Assembly (NCBI RefSeq): GCF_001659705.1
Contig: NZ_CP015971.1
Span: forward strand, 2,171,029 to 2,235,028
Direction: 5' to 3'
Origin: Arachidicoccus sp. BS20
GTDB taxonomy: Bacteria > Bacteroidota > Bacteroidia > Chitinophagales > Chitinophagaceae
Length of the DNA: 64,000 nt
Below are positions 1-10,744 of the stretch, one piece after another. Both the position numbers and the translations under genes were made by a program. Numbering within the stretch: the stretch's first letter is position 1; each line of letters begins with the position of its first letter. The notes below the pieces were generated by a model, which saw nothing but the letters and a program-made list of their open reading frames with translations, made no database searches and was not told the DNA's origin.

Positions 1-567
1 TCGGAAACAGCTTTTCAACTCGCTTGGGCAATCAGAGATGAAGTTGTCGATTTGGAAAAGGCAGGCATAAAAATTATCCAGATTGATGAACCTGCCATTC
101 GTGAAGGCTTGCCTTTGCGCAAAGAAAATTGGCAAACCTATTTGGCTTGGGCTGTGAAAGCCTTTAAAATCGCAGCTTCCGGCGTGCAAGACGAAACGCA
201 GATTCATACACACATGTGCTACTCCGAGTTCAACGATATCATTCAATCTATTGCGGATATGGATGCCGATGTAATTACGATTGAAACGTCGCGCTCGCAA
301 ATGGAATTGTTGGATGCGTTTGTTCAGTTTAATTATCCTAACGAAATTGGACCCGGCGTTTACGATATTCATTCGCCGCGCGTGCCGACCGTTGAAGAAA
401 TGGAAGCGTTGCTGGAAAAAGCATTAGCCGTAATTCCCGCGAAAAATCTTTGGGTAAATCCTGACTGCGGATTAAAAACGCGCGGTTGGAACGAAACCAA
501 AAAAGCATTGGAAAATATGGTAAATGCAGCTAAGCAACTGAGAGTAAAAATCGAAGTTGAAGCGTAA
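1..567 (+). CDS. metE: Cobalamin-independent methionine synthase, C-terminal fragment; the 5' end lies outside the window
   Basis: Frame 1 reads through from base 1 with no start. The translation carries MetE C-terminal catalytic-domain motifs ([25 protein letters not shown]). Confidence 0.8.
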   Translation, partial: SETAFQLAWAIRDEVVDLEKAGIKIIQIDEPAIREGLPLRKENWQTYLAWAVKAFKIAASGVQDETQIHTHMCYSEFNDIIQSIADMDADVITIETSRSQMELLDAFVQFNYPNEIGPGVYDIHSPRVPTVEEMEALLEKALAVIPAKNLWVNPDCGLKTRGWNETKKALENMVNAAKQLRVKIEVEA

Positions 568-679
568 TAATAAGCAAACTCAAAGAAAGCTATAAGACAT
601 ACAATCTTATAGCTTTCATGCTTTATCAATTTCTAAAATTTTACCAACATGATAACCATTTACGAACTATCTTCGATAT

Positions 680-1576
680 ATGTTTGGCATAACTATTTTG
701 GGAAATAATTCGGCGCTTCCCGCGCACGGCAGGCATCCGACTTCGCAAATCATAACGATTGCAGACCAGCTGCTGATGCTGGATTGCGGCGAGGGAACAC
801 AATTTCGCATCCGTGATTTTCGTGTAAAGCGCAGCAAAATCAATCACATCTTTATTTCACATTTACACGGCGACCATTATTTTGGATTAATCGGGTTACT
901 GTCGTCCATGTCTTTGCTTGGCAGAACGCAGGATTTGCATTTGTTTTCGCCCGCACCTCTGCAACAAATCATTGCACAGCAAACTGCAAACAACAAGTTG
1001 TCTTTCCAGATTAATTTTCATCCGCTGGAAGGCAATGAATTGATTTTGGAAGAAGAAAAATTTACTGTGAGCAGCTTCCGCGTTATTCATAAAATCGAAT
1101 GCTTCGGATTCTTAATCAAAGAAAAGCATAAACCGCGAAAAGTCAATGCTGATGCGGCTTTACAGGCAGGCATTCCGCCCGAAGATTTTGAAGAATTGCA
1201 GCTTGGCGAAGATTATGTTTTGCCAAACGGAAGCATCATTTCCAACGAATCGGTCACATTCACGGGAAAAGAAAATAAATCTTACGCTTATTGTGCAGAC
1301 ACTTTATACACCGAAACTTTTTTGCCTTTTATCAAGAATGCGAATTTGATTTACCACGAATCAACTTATTTGAACGATTTAACGGAACAAGCAAAAGAAC
1401 GCTTTCATTCAACAGCCGCACAAGCCGCAACTATCGCACTAAAAGCAAATGCCAAACGCTTGCTGCTTGGACATTTCAGCAGCAAATACAAAGAGCTTGA
1501 TGAGTTTGAAACACAGGCAAAAGAAATTTTTCCAAATACCGAAATTTCGTGCGAAGGCGTAACGTATATTGTGTAA
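680..1576 (+). CDS. rnz: Ribonuclease Z (tRNA 3' processing), metallo-beta-lactamase fold
   Basis: HxHxDH zinc motif (HLHGDHYFGL) and RNase Z-like length and organisation. Confidence 0.8.
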   Translation: MFGITILGNNSALPAHGRHPTSQIITIADQLLMLDCGEGTQFRIRDFRVKRSKINHIFISHLHGDHYFGLIGLLSSMSLLGRTQDLHLFSPAPLQQIIAQQTANNKLSFQINFHPLEGNELILEEEKFTVSSFRVIHKIECFGFLIKEKHKPRKVNADAALQAGIPPEDFEELQLGEDYVLPNGSIISNESVTFTGKENKSYAYCADTLYTETFLPFIKNANLIYHESTYLNDLTEQAKERFHSTAAQAATIALKANAKRLLLGHFSSKYKELDEFETQAKEIFPNTEISCEGVTYIV

Positions 1577-1662
1577 GATTTAATTTTCAAGAATAAAATT
1601 ATTACTAAATTTTTTGGCAGCATTCATACACAGGTTTTATATTTGTAAAAAGAGAATTAATT

Positions 1663-2541
1663 ATGGAAATTAGAACAGATTTATTTCTTGGCGACAGCAA
1701 AAAGATATTGAAACAACTTCCCGATAATTCTGTTGATTTAATCGTTACTTCTCCGCCTTATGCAGATCAACGCAAAGCAACTTATGGTGGTATTTCACAC
1801 AATAAATATGTTGAGTGGTTTTTACCAATAACAGAAGAGCTATTACGTGTTTTAAAACCAACAGGAACATTTATTTTAAATATAAAAGAAAAAGTTGTTG
1901 ATGGAGAACGTAGCACTTATGTGATGGAATTGATTATTGAAATGCGTAAACAAGGCTGGTTATGGACTGAGGAATTTATATGGCATAAGAAAAATTCTTA
2001 TCCGGGAAAATGGCCTAATCGTTTTCGTGACGCATGGGAAAGATTACTTCAATTCAACAAAGACAAAAAATTCAATATGTATCAAGAAGAAGTAATGGTT
2101 CCAATGGGCGATTGGGCAAAATCAAGATTAAAGAATTTAAGCGATACAGATAAAGTAAGAGATAATTCAAAAGTAGGAAGTGGCTTTGGTAAGAACATTT
2201 CAAATTGGCTAACAAGAGATAAAGCATATCCAACAAATGTTTTGCATTTAGCGACAGAATGTAACAACAAGAATCACAGTGCAGCATTTCCTGAAGAACT
2301 TCCTGAGTGGTTTATTAAATTATTTACAATGGAAAATGACGTGGTGCTTGACCCATTTATGGGCTCAGGAACGACGATTCATGTTGCTAACAGAATGAAA
2401 CGTAATTCAATTGGAATTGATATTGTGCCCGAATATTACAAAATGGTAAAAGAACAAGTAGAGCCTATTGAATTATATTTATTAGAGTCAAAAGTAAAAT
2501 ATGAAACCCCTAAATCTAAAGGACGTTACGCAGTACGTTGA
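1663..2541 (+). CDS. DNA methyltransferase, beta class (motif IV before motif I), probably N4-cytosine or N6-adenine
   Basis: SPPY motif (DLIVTSPPY) lies upstream of the AdoMet-binding motif DPFMGSGTT. The gene sits in a segment noticeably more AT-rich than its neighbours. Confidence 0.8.
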   Translation: MEIRTDLFLGDSKKILKQLPDNSVDLIVTSPPYADQRKATYGGISHNKYVEWFLPITEELLRVLKPTGTFILNIKEKVVDGERSTYVMELIIEMRKQGWLWTEEFIWHKKNSYPGKWPNRFRDAWERLLQFNKDKKFNMYQEEVMVPMGDWAKSRLKNLSDTDKVRDNSKVGSGFGKNISNWLTRDKAYPTNVLHLATECNNKNHSAAFPEELPEWFIKLFTMENDVVLDPFMGSGTTIHVANRMKRNSIGIDIVPEYYKMVKEQVEPIELYLLESKVKYETPKSKGRYAVR

Positions 2542-3238
2542 AGACAATATTGGAACTTTTCATCAAAAAAGAATTGCAGGTTTGAATGGTTTGAGATTAA
2601 AGAAAGTTCTTGCCAAAAAAAATCCTTATTTATTCAAAGCAAAATATATTTTAACTGCTCAAGATATTATTAAAAACTTGACAGACGCTTTTATTTCATC
2701 GCAAGAAGAAACAATCTTTGGAGATTGGTTAGAGGGACTTGCAATATTTATTAACAGTAAAGTTTATAATGGTCGTAAATCGGGCATTCAAGGAATTGAT
2801 TTGGAATTTGATAAAGACAACACCCGTTATATTATTACAATAAAATCTGGTCCAAATTGGGGCAATAGTTCTCAAATTGGAAAAATGAAAGCAGATTTCA
2901 AAACTGCACAAAGAACACTTCGTACAAGCAACTCAAAATTGAACATTGTTGCAGTCAATGGTTGTTGTTATGGCAGAGATAACAGACCCGATAAAGGCGA
3001 TTATTTCAAATATTGCGGACAACATTTTTGGGAATTTATCTCCGGGGACAAAGAATTATATCTAAAAATTATCGAGCCATTAGGACATAAAGCCAAAGAA
3101 AGAAATGATGAGTTCATTCAATCTTATTCTCAAATGATAAATGTATTTACAAAAGAATTTGCGGATACATTTTGTAATGAAAACGGTTCTATAAATTGGA
3201 ATAAACTTGTTTACTTTAATTCTTCAACAACTCGATAA
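2501..3238 (+). CDS. Putative type II restriction endonuclease, cognate to the upstream methyltransferase; family not identified
   Basis: Overlaps the methyltransferase 3' end by 41 nt on the same strand and is similarly AT-rich. No other recognisable domain; the call rests mainly on context. Confidence 0.5.
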   Translation: MKPLNLKDVTQYVEDNIGTFHQKRIAGLNGLRLKKVLAKKNPYLFKAKYILTAQDIIKNLTDAFISSQEETIFGDWLEGLAIFINSKVYNGRKSGIQGIDLEFDKDNTRYIITIKSGPNWGNSSQIGKMKADFKTAQRTLRTSNSKLNIVAVNGCCYGRDNRPDKGDYFKYCGQHFWEFISGDKELYLKIIEPLGHKAKERNDEFIQSYSQMINVFTKEFADTFCNENGSINWNKLVYFNSSTTR

Positions 3239-3281
3239 GATTAAATATTTACTAAGAGTAAAATTGTTCATAAAATCATTC

Positions 3282-4502
3282 ATGCAATACTGGAAAAAAC
3301 TTACACACAAGCAACAAGACGAACGAATATCCAAAGCGTTGGAACAAAATTTTGCCTTCGGCGAAAACGGAACGTTGGGAATACCCGCATCCAAGCTCGA
3401 CAGCAAAGTGTTCTACGACGATGCGCCTTTTTTAAAAGACGCGCCATTGCTGAGGACTTATGTGCAAAACCCGAATCATATTGGTTGCCACACGTTAGGC
3501 GAATCCGAGCCATTTTTCGCCGGAACGCAAGACATCGAGCGCGAAGTAATCGAACTGCTGAGTGTTGATATGATGCACGCGCAACCACATTCCTGCGACG
3601 GATATATTGCGGGCGGCGGCACGGAAGCCAACTTGCAAGCTGTATGGATTTATAGAAATTACTTTCAAAAAGAAATTGGCGCACCGGCTGAAAGCATTGC
3701 CCTGCTTGCATCCGAAGACACACATTATTCTGTGTCCAAAGCGTCAAACATTTTCGGGATTGAATTTTTTCAGGTAAAAGTTGATTTTAATTCACGAAAA
3801 ATTTTACAGGATAATCTGGAAGCAATCATTGAAAATGCGATTGAAAAAGGCAAAAAATATTTCATCATCATTGCGAATATGGCAACAACGATGTTTGGCA
3901 GCGTGGACGATATTTCCGTGTACGAAGAAGCAATGAAAAAATATGCTGTTCCATTTAAACTCCATGTGGACGGGGCTTTCGGCGGATTTATATATCCTCT
4001 CAGCGAGCCGGATAATTATTTGAATTTTGCAAATCCTGTTGTTTCTTCCATCACTTTGGATGCACACAAAATGTTGCAGGCTCCTTACGGCACAGGCATT
4101 TTTTTGGTAAGAAAAGGATTAATACAACACGTTTATACCGAAGAAGCTCAATATGTAAACGGCATGGACATAACACTAAGCGGAAGCCGTTCCGGTGCAA
4201 ACGCAATCGCCGTTTGGATGATTTTACAAACATATGGCTACCACGGTTGGCTGGAAAAAATCAATACGCTTTTGTTCCGTACTGATTGGTGTTGCAAGGC
4301 ATTGGATGAAAAGAAAATTCGTTATTACCGTCATCCAAAGATGAATATTATTACCATTCGTGCAGAAGATATTTCACGGGAAATTGCAGAGAAATATTAT
4401 TTAGTTCCCGATACACACAACGGAAATATGCGTTGGTATAAAATTGTTGTAATGGACCATGTAGATATTGACAGATTGCAACAGTTTGTGGAAGAATTGT
4501 AA
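3282..4502 (+). CDS. PLP-dependent group II amino-acid decarboxylase family protein
   Basis: PLP-lysine motif SITLDAHKM and Gly-rich GGGTEANL. Start set at the ATG at 3282 (MQYWKK) inside the longer ORF. Confidence 0.75.
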   Translation: MQYWKKLTHKQQDERISKALEQNFAFGENGTLGIPASKLDSKVFYDDAPFLKDAPLLRTYVQNPNHIGCHTLGESEPFFAGTQDIEREVIELLSVDMMHAQPHSCDGYIAGGGTEANLQAVWIYRNYFQKEIGAPAESIALLASEDTHYSVSKASNIFGIEFFQVKVDFNSRKILQDNLEAIIENAIEKGKKYFIIIANMATTMFGSVDDISVYEEAMKKYAVPFKLHVDGAFGGFIYPLSEPDNYLNFANPVVSSITLDAHKMLQAPYGTGIFLVRKGLIQHVYTEEAQYVNGMDITLSGSRSGANAIAVWMILQTYGYHGWLEKINTLLFRTDWCCKALDEKKIRYYRHPKMNIITIRAEDISREIAEKYYLVPDTHNGNMRWYKIVVMDHVDIDRLQQFVEEL

Positions 4503-4511
4503 AAGTTAAGG

Positions 4512-4590
4512 TTACCACTCAAGCGGCAATAACGTGCAAACGGTTTCATTTTTTTTCTTTGTGTCCCTTTGTCTCGTTGTGGTTTAGGTC
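4512..4590 (-). repeat. Second, inverted copy of the roughly 80-bp element (GGGACACAAAGAA ... TTGCACGTTATTGC)
   Basis: Its reverse complement aligns with 28626-28705. Confidence 0.5.
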
Positions 4591-4595
4591 AAGGT

Positions 4596-5105
4596 TCATT
4601 TCCTTTTAAACACCGGCACGGTGCTGCAAGGTTCGCCGTACATAATGCTTTGCGCGTAAGGCAATAACTGTTTTGTAATTTCCAAGTATGCAGAAGCGGA
4701 AACATCCAAATCGCCGCAACCTTTAATTACAACACGCTTTCCTTGAAATGTAGCAAAATCGATACTTTCCAAGTTTTTGATAAATAATGAATTGAGCAAT
4801 TCATCTTTTGCCCCTGCAATAAAATCCTTTGCAAAAGGTTGTAAATAAGTCGCGACTAACATGAATGCCCAGCGCGGAATTATGACATCGGAAGAGCAAA
4901 ATACGGCAACATATTTATCCTGATATTCTTGCCAATTTATTTCTTTTAATTTTTGCCGAAAATCTTTTTCTTTCAAAAGCATTTCCATGAAAAGCAAAGG
5001 TTTCAAATCAAAAGCAACAATTTCTTCCTTCGGATAATATTCTTCCAAATCAATTGTTACAATGCCGCTTGCCGCCACTTTATTAACGATTACATCTTCC
5101 ATCAC
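4596..5105 (-). CDS. Conserved hypothetical protein (DUF2480-like, Bacteroidota)
   Basis: 169-aa ORF with good coding appearance and no recognisable catalytic motifs. Confidence 0.5.
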   Translation of the reverse strand: MMEDVIVNKVAASGIVTIDLEEYYPKEEIVAFDLKPLLFMEMLLKEKDFRQKLKEINWQEYQDKYVAVFCSSDVIIPRWAFMLVATYLQPFAKDFIAGAKDELLNSLFIKNLESIDFATFQGKRVVIKGCGDLDVSASAYLEITKQLLPYAQSIMYGEPCSTVPVFKRK

Positions 5106-5197
5106 ACAATATTTTCAAATGCAAAGTTCTGTATTTCTTCTCTAAATGTTTGCTTATATTTTTTATCCTTTATATTTACACAATCACTTTTCAAAAT

Positions 5198-6712
5198 ATG
5201 GATTCAACAAACACAAACCAAAAATCTCATCCGCGCGGATTGTATTTATTGTTCTTTACCGAAACTTGGGAACGCTTCAGCTATTATGGAATGCGTGCCA
5301 TTTTTATGACGTTCATGATTCACATTCTCATGCTGAACGATGCAACGGCTTCCAACATTTACGGCAGTTACACAGGTTTGGTTTATCTTACCCCACTGCT
5401 TGGCGGTTATTTAAGCGACCGGTATTTAGGCAACCGAAAAAGCGTTATTATCGGAAGTTTAATAATGGCAATCGGGCAGTTTTTTCTCTTTTTGAGTGCA
5501 TCCACAAGCGGCGCAAATGCTATTACAATGATGTGGGCGGGTTTAACTTTCCTCATTAGCGGCAACGGTTTTTTCAAACCAAACATTGCCACAATGGTTG
5601 GACAATTGTACTCGAACGGCGACCGGAGAGTGGATATTGCTTTTACTATTTTTTATATGGGCGTAAATCTCGGTGCAATGATTTCGCCGATTATTTGCGG
5701 TACGCTTGCCGAAAAAATTAATTATCGTTGGGGCTTTCTTGCCGCAAGCATCGGAATGCTGATTGGTATGTTCGCATTCATTTTGTATAAAAGAAAAATG
5801 CTTGTGAGCCACGAAGGCAACGATGTAGGAATGCCTGTAAAACCACTGGACATAAAATCGGTTATTTATATCATAGGTTCTATCGGGTTGATATTTTTCT
5901 TTCTCAATTTTCAACAAATATTCCATTCCGACCTTGACATTATCAATTATGTGATTTACGGTTCACTCATCATTATTCCGACCATTATTTTAACCAATAA
6001 AACCCTGACTTCCGATGAACGAAGCCGTATCTGGGTTTTAGTTATTCTGGTATTCTTCGTGATTTTCTTCTGGAGTGCTTATGAGCAGGCAGGCGCTTCT
6101 TTGACCATATTTGCCGACAAACAAACCGATAGAAATATTCTTGGTTTTGAGGTGCCGGTTGCATGGTTTCAATCGGTAAATGCAGTGTGTATTTTGTTAT
6201 TTGCCCCTGTACTATCCGCTATCTGGATAAAATTGGGCAAAAGAAACCTTGACCCGGCATCTCCACGCAAAATGGCTTTCGGGCTGCTGTTTCTTTCACT
6301 TGGGTTTGTAGTTATCGCCATCGGTGTTCACGGTGTGGACAGCACAGTAAGAATAAGTATGTGGTGGTTAATTGCTTTATATTTTTTACATACAATCGGA
6401 GAATTGTGTTTATCTCCAATCGGTTTATCAATGGCTTCAAAGCTCGCGCCTATGCGGTTTTCGTCCTTGATAATGGCGACCTGGTATTTGGGAAATGCAG
6501 CGGCAAATAAATTCGCAGGAACATTAAGTTCGCTCATTCCGCCGAGCAGCGACGATATTGCAAAAGGCGCAAAAATTCCGCACATACTTGGATTTCAGGT
6601 TACTAATTTGTTTGATTTTTTCATGATATTTATTGTGATGACAGGTGTTGCTTCATTGATACTTTTCCTCGTAAGCGGACGATTAATTAAAATGATGCGT
6701 GGTATAAGATAA
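5198..6712 (+). CDS. Proton-dependent oligopeptide transporter (POT/PTR2 family, DtpT-like)
   Basis: N-terminal POT signature FTETWERFSYYGMRAIF and multiple TM segments. Start taken at MDSTNTN (5198). Confidence 0.85.
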   Translation: MDSTNTNQKSHPRGLYLLFFTETWERFSYYGMRAIFMTFMIHILMLNDATASNIYGSYTGLVYLTPLLGGYLSDRYLGNRKSVIIGSLIMAIGQFFLFLSASTSGANAITMMWAGLTFLISGNGFFKPNIATMVGQLYSNGDRRVDIAFTIFYMGVNLGAMISPIICGTLAEKINYRWGFLAASIGMLIGMFAFILYKRKMLVSHEGNDVGMPVKPLDIKSVIYIIGSIGLIFFFLNFQQIFHSDLDIINYVIYGSLIIIPTIILTNKTLTSDERSRIWVLVILVFFVIFFWSAYEQAGASLTIFADKQTDRNILGFEVPVAWFQSVNAVCILLFAPVLSAIWIKLGKRNLDPASPRKMAFGLLFLSLGFVVIAIGVHGVDSTVRISMWWLIALYFLHTIGELCLSPIGLSMASKLAPMRFSSLIMATWYLGNAAANKFAGTLSSLIPPSSDDIAKGAKIPHILGFQVTNLFDFFMIFIVMTGVASLILFLVSGRLIKMMRGIR

Positions 6713-6736
6713 ATGGCTGAAACTTTACAAAGAAAA

Positions 6737-6770
6737 AGCGTTCCGGAGATTTTCCGGAACGCTTTTTCTT
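6737..6770. terminator. Hairpin (AGCGTTCCGGA / TCCGGAACGCT) followed by a T-run; terminator of the POT gene
   Basis: 11-bp perfect stem and 5-nt loop, then TTTTTCTTT. Confidence 0.6.
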
Positions 6771-6914
6771 TGTAAAAAATATATTTCTTTTAAAAGTCTA
6801 TAAATTTAATAGACTTTTAATATATTTGCGTTGCAATTGAGTCGCAAGTACAAACTCATATATATTCGTTCTGTTCGTTTGTTTAAAATTCCAAAACTAC
6901 TGCTAAACTTAAAT

Positions 6915-6950
6915 GGGCTGTCCGGTTTTTCGGACAGCCCATTTTTATTT
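6915..6950. terminator. Hairpin GGGCTGTCCG-GTTTTT-CGGACAGCCC flanked by T/A runs; probably a bidirectional terminator downstream of EF-G
   Basis: 10-bp perfect stem with a T-rich 3' side. Confidence 0.5.
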
Positions 6951-6977
6951 TCCAATCTTATAAAAAGAAAACTATAC

Positions 6978-9137
6978 TTAATCTTCTTCCACTTTTACTC
7001 TACCCTTATTCTTAGCAATTACCTCTTCGGCAATATTGTTTGGAGCAGGAGCATAGTGGTCAAATTCCATGGTAGAAGCCGCACGTCCCGAAGATAGTGA
7101 ACGCAATTGCGTTACATAACCGAACATTTCGCTCAACGGAACTTTCGCCTTAATAACCTGTGCATTTCCACGAGAATCCATACCTTCCATCATACCTCGA
7201 CGACGGTTCAAGTCGCCGGTAACATCGCCCATGTATTGGTCAGGGGTAGTTACTTCCACTTTCATGATTGGCTCAAGCAATACAGGTTTTGCTTTTTTAC
7301 CTGCTTCACGGAAACCGGCTTTAGCACAAAGTTCAAAAGACATTGCATCTGAGTCCACCGCGTGGAAACTACCATCGAAAATGCGAATCTTCATGTTCTC
7401 AACAGGATAACCGGCTAAAACACCTGTATTCATCGCTGTTTCAAAGCCTTTCTGAATAGCGGGAATAAATTCGCGAGGAATAGCACCGCCCACAATATTG
7501 TTTACAAACTGGAAGCGTTTTCCTTCATTTTCTTTCAACCACTCTTCTTCGGCAGGTCCTATTTCAAACTGAACATCGGCGAATTTACCACGACCACCGG
7601 ATTGTTTTTTCAATACTTCACGGTGTTGGATTGTTGCCTGGAACGTTTCTTTATATGCAACCTGAGGAGCGCCTTGGTTTACTTCAACTTTGAACTCGCG
7701 TTTCATACGGTCAATGATGATTTCCAAGTGCAATTCGCCCATTCCGCGCAAAATTGTTTGTCCTGTATCTTCATCTGTATTTACACGAAGTGTAGGGTCT
7801 TCTTCCACCAATTTGGCGATAGCCATACCCATTTTATCAACGTCAGCCTGCGTTTTAGGTTCAACCGCGATAGCGATAACCGGTTCCGGAATAAACATAT
7901 TTTCCAAAACAATCGGATGCTTTTCGTCGCACAAAGTATCGCCGGTCTTGATTTCTTTAAAACCGACTGCCGCGCCAATATCGCCTGCTTCGATAAAATC
8001 TACCGGATTTTGTTTATTGGCAAACATTTTCATGATACGGCTGATACGCTCGTTCTTTCCGCTGCGTACGTTCAACACGTAAGAACCTGCATCCAGATGA
8101 CCTGAATATACGCGGAAAAATGCTAAACGACCAACAAAAGGGTCTGTCATAATTTTGAAAGCCAACGCTGCAAATGGTTCTTTAGCATCGGGTTTACGCA
8201 CAAGCACTTTTTCCGGATTATCCGGGTCTGTACCTTCGATAGCATCAATATCTACCGGAGAAGGCAGGTAACGGCACACAGCATCCAAAGCTGTTTGCAC
8301 TCCTTTATTTTTGAATGAAGAACCACACATCATCGGAACAATGCTTAAATCGATTGTTGCTTTGCGGATTGCTTCGTGAATTTCATCTTCGCTAATAGAG
8401 TTCGGGTCTTCAAAGAATTTCTCCATCAAAGTATCATCATATTCTGCAACAGCTTCAATTAATTGTGCACGCCATTCTTCAACTTCTTCTTTCATATCAT
8501 CAGGAATAGGTACATGAACGTAACTCATACCTTCAGTCGCATCGTCCCATATGATACCGATATTTTTAATCAAATCCACAACGCCCTTGAAGTTGTCTTC
8601 TGCGCCAATCGGCAATTGCAAAGGCACGGCTTTAGCGCCTAACATTTCTTTTACCTGATGAACAACGTTTAAAAAATCAGCGCCTTGACGGTCCATTTTG
8701 TTTACAAAACCAATACGTGGAACGCGGTAACGGTTTGCCTGACGCCAAACTGTTTCTGACTGAGGTTCAACGCCGTCAACAGCCGAGAACAATGCAATCA
8801 AGCCATCCAATACACGCATGGAACGCTCTACCTCAACGGTAAAATCCACGTGACCCGGAGTATCAATAATGTTGAAAGAATATTTTTTTGTATCTGCGAC
8901 CGGTTTTCCTTTATCATCGGTAGGAAAATTCCATTGACAGCTAACGGCTGCGGAAGTAATGGTAATACCTCTTTCTTTTTCCTGTTCCATCCAGTCGGTA
9001 GTAGCAGCGCCGTCGTGAACTTCGCCGATTCTGTGAATCATGCCTGTGTAACGAAGAATGCGCTCCGTGGTAGTAGTTTTACCGGCATCGATGTGCGCAG
9101 CAATACCAAAGTTGCGTTGTAATTTTAAGTCCGCCAT
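6978..9137 (-). CDS. fusA: Translation elongation factor G
   Basis: [16 protein letters not shown]1 motif, DTPGHVDF and full EF-G domain order. Start at MADLKL (9137). Confidence 0.9.
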   Translation of the reverse strand: MADLKLQRNFGIAAHIDAGKTTTTERILRYTGMIHRIGEVHDGAATTDWMEQEKERGITITSAAVSCQWNFPTDDKGKPVADTKKYSFNIIDTPGHVDFTVEVERSMRVLDGLIALFSAVDGVEPQSETVWRQANRYRVPRIGFVNKMDRQGADFLNVVHQVKEMLGAKAVPLQLPIGAEDNFKGVVDLIKNIGIIWDDATEGMSYVHVPIPDDMKEEVEEWRAQLIEAVAEYDDTLMEKFFEDPNSISEDEIHEAIRKATIDLSIVPMMCGSSFKNKGVQTALDAVCRYLPSPVDIDAIEGTDPDNPEKVLVRKPDAKEPFAALAFKIMTDPFVGRLAFFRVYSGHLDAGSYVLNVRSGKNERISRIMKMFANKQNPVDFIEAGDIGAAVGFKEIKTGDTLCDEKHPIVLENMFIPEPVIAIAVEPKTQADVDKMGMAIAKLVEEDPTLRVNTDEDTGQTILRGMGELHLEIIIDRMKREFKVEVNQGAPQVAYKETFQATIQHREVLKKQSGGRGKFADVQFEIGPAEEEWLKENEGKRFQFVNNIVGGAIPREFIPAIQKGFETAMNTGVLAGYPVENMKIRIFDGSFHAVDSDAMSFELCAKAGFREAGKKAKPVLLEPIMKVEVTTPDQYMGDVTGDLNRRRGMMEGMDSRGNAQVIKAKVPLSEMFGYVTQLRSLSSGRAASTMEFDHYAPAPNNIAEEVIAKNKGRVKVEED

Positions 9138-9286
9138 AAAAAGTTTTGTTTTTAAAATCGTGAGAAAACGGGACGAATAAATACTATTCCCCAATTTTCA
9201 AGGCGCAAAGGTAATGAAATAGATTGAAACGCAATATTCGGATGAAATTATTTATAGAAAGGTAAGATTCGACAGTATTTTCAACA

Positions 9287-9322
9287 AAAACCCCGTTCAG
9301 CAGTTTTGAACGGGTTTTTTTG
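9287..9322. terminator. Bidirectional rho-independent terminator (CCCGTTCA-GCAGTTT-TGAACGGG) between accC and fusA
   Basis: 8-bp perfect stem flanked by an A-run and a T-run. Confidence 0.6.
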
Positions 9323-9347
9323 TTGAATGCAATTGAACATTTCAATT

Positions 9348-10691
9348 TTACTTCATCTCAAAGCTTTCCATAAATTTAGTAGTAAAGTTTCCCTTACGGA
9401 AATCTTCATTTTGCATCAGTTGCAAATGGAAAGGAATGGTGGTTTTAACGCCGTCGCCTTCAATTACATATTCACTCAACGCACGATACATGGTGTCAAT
9501 TGCTTCTTCGCGCGTGCGCGCAATAGCAATCAGCTTTCCAATCATAGAATCGTAATAAGGCGGAATGGTGTAACCTGCGTAAACATGGCTGTCCACACGC
9601 ACGCCGTGTCCGCCGGGTGTATTCAACGTTCTTATTTTTCCCGGCGAAGGACGGAAATCGTTGTATGGGTCTTCAGCATTAATGCGGCATTCGATAGCGT
9701 GCATGACAGGTGTATAATTTTCGCCTGAAATTTTTTCGCCTGCGGCAATTTTTATCTGTTCTTTAATTAAATCGAAATTAATCACTTCTTCCGTAACGCA
9801 ATGTTCCACCTGAATACGTGTATTCATTTCCATAAAGTAGAAATTGCGGTGCTTATCTACCAGAAACTCAATTGTACCCACGCCTTCGTAGCGAATGCAC
9901 GCCGCAGCTTTTATAGCAGCTTCGCCCATTTTCTTGCGGAGTTCGGGTGTCATAAACGGCGATGGTGATTCTTCCACCAACTTCTGATGACGGCGTTGAA
10001 TGGAACAGTCGCGCTCGCTCATGTGGCAAACCGTTCCGTATTGGTCGCCGGCAACTTGAATTTCTATGTGGCGCGGTTCTTCCACAAATTTTTCCATGTA
10101 GATGCCGTCGTTCTTGAACGCTGCGGCTGCTTCGGCTTTTGCGGTATTGTAATTTTTTTCCAAATCTTCTTCTTTCCACACCACGCGCATACCTTTTCCG
10201 CCGCCACCGGCTGTGGCTTTCAAAATAATTGGATAACCGATTTCTTTTGCCGATTCTTTTGCGTGTTCCAGACTTTGCAACAATCCTTCAACACCGGGAA
10301 CTACCGGCACGCCGGCTTTTATCATCGTGTCTTTGGCGGTTACTTTGTCGCCCATGAGGCTAATCATTTCCGCAGTCGGTCCTATAAATTTGATGCCGTG
10401 GTCTTCGCAAATCTGCGCAAACTTTGCATTTTCTGCCAAGAAGCCATAACCGGGATGAATGGCATCGCAATTGGTAATTTCTGCAGCAGCCATAATGTGC
10501 GGAATGTTAAGATAAGAATCCACGCTTTGCGGCTTGCCGATACAAACGGCTTCGTCGGCAAAGCGCACGTGCAAACTTTCTTTATCGGCGGTGGAATAAA
10601 TGGCTACCGTTTCAATGCCCATTTCACGACAAGTACGAATGATGCGCAATGCAATTTCGCCGCGATTGGCAATTAATATTTTTTTAAACAT
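9348..10691 (-). CDS. accC: Acetyl-CoA carboxylase biotin carboxylase subunit
   Basis: N-terminus [22 protein letters not shown]-grasp motifs and length typical of AccC. Confidence 0.9.
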   Translation of the reverse strand: MFKKILIANRGEIALRIIRTCREMGIETVAIYSTADKESLHVRFADEAVCIGKPQSVDSYLNIPHIMAAAEITNCDAIHPGYGFLAENAKFAQICEDHGIKFIGPTAEMISLMGDKVTAKDTMIKAGVPVVPGVEGLLQSLEHAKESAKEIGYPIILKATAGGGGKGMRVVWKEEDLEKNYNTAKAEAAAAFKNDGIYMEKFVEEPRHIEIQVAGDQYGTVCHMSERDCSIQRRHQKLVEESPSPFMTPELRKKMGEAAIKAAACIRYEGVGTIEFLVDKHRNFYFMEMNTRIQVEHCVTEEVINFDLIKEQIKIAAGEKISGENYTPVMHAIECRINAEDPYNDFRPSPGKIRTLNTPGGHGVRVDSHVYAGYTIPPYYDSMIGKLIAIARTREEAIDTMYRALSEYVIEGDGVKTTIPFHLQLMQNEDFRKGNFTTKFMESFEMK

Positions 10692-10744
10692 TTTTATCAA
10701 TATGCTAATGTGCCAATTTGCAAATATGCAAATGTGTATGGCAG

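Noticed and set aside
3301-3747. 148-aa Arg-rich minus-strand ORF inside the decarboxylase gene
   Set aside because: Antisense overlap with a well-supported CDS and an Arg/Cys-rich composition typical of a non-coding frame.
7602-8105. 167-aa and 130-aa plus-strand ORFs inside fusA
   Set aside because: They are antisense to a highly conserved EF-G coding region, with low-complexity composition. Spurious.
9987-10676. 229-aa plus-strand ORF inside accC
   Set aside because: Antisense to the strongly conserved biotin carboxylase. The frame is Phe/Cys/His-rich nonsense.
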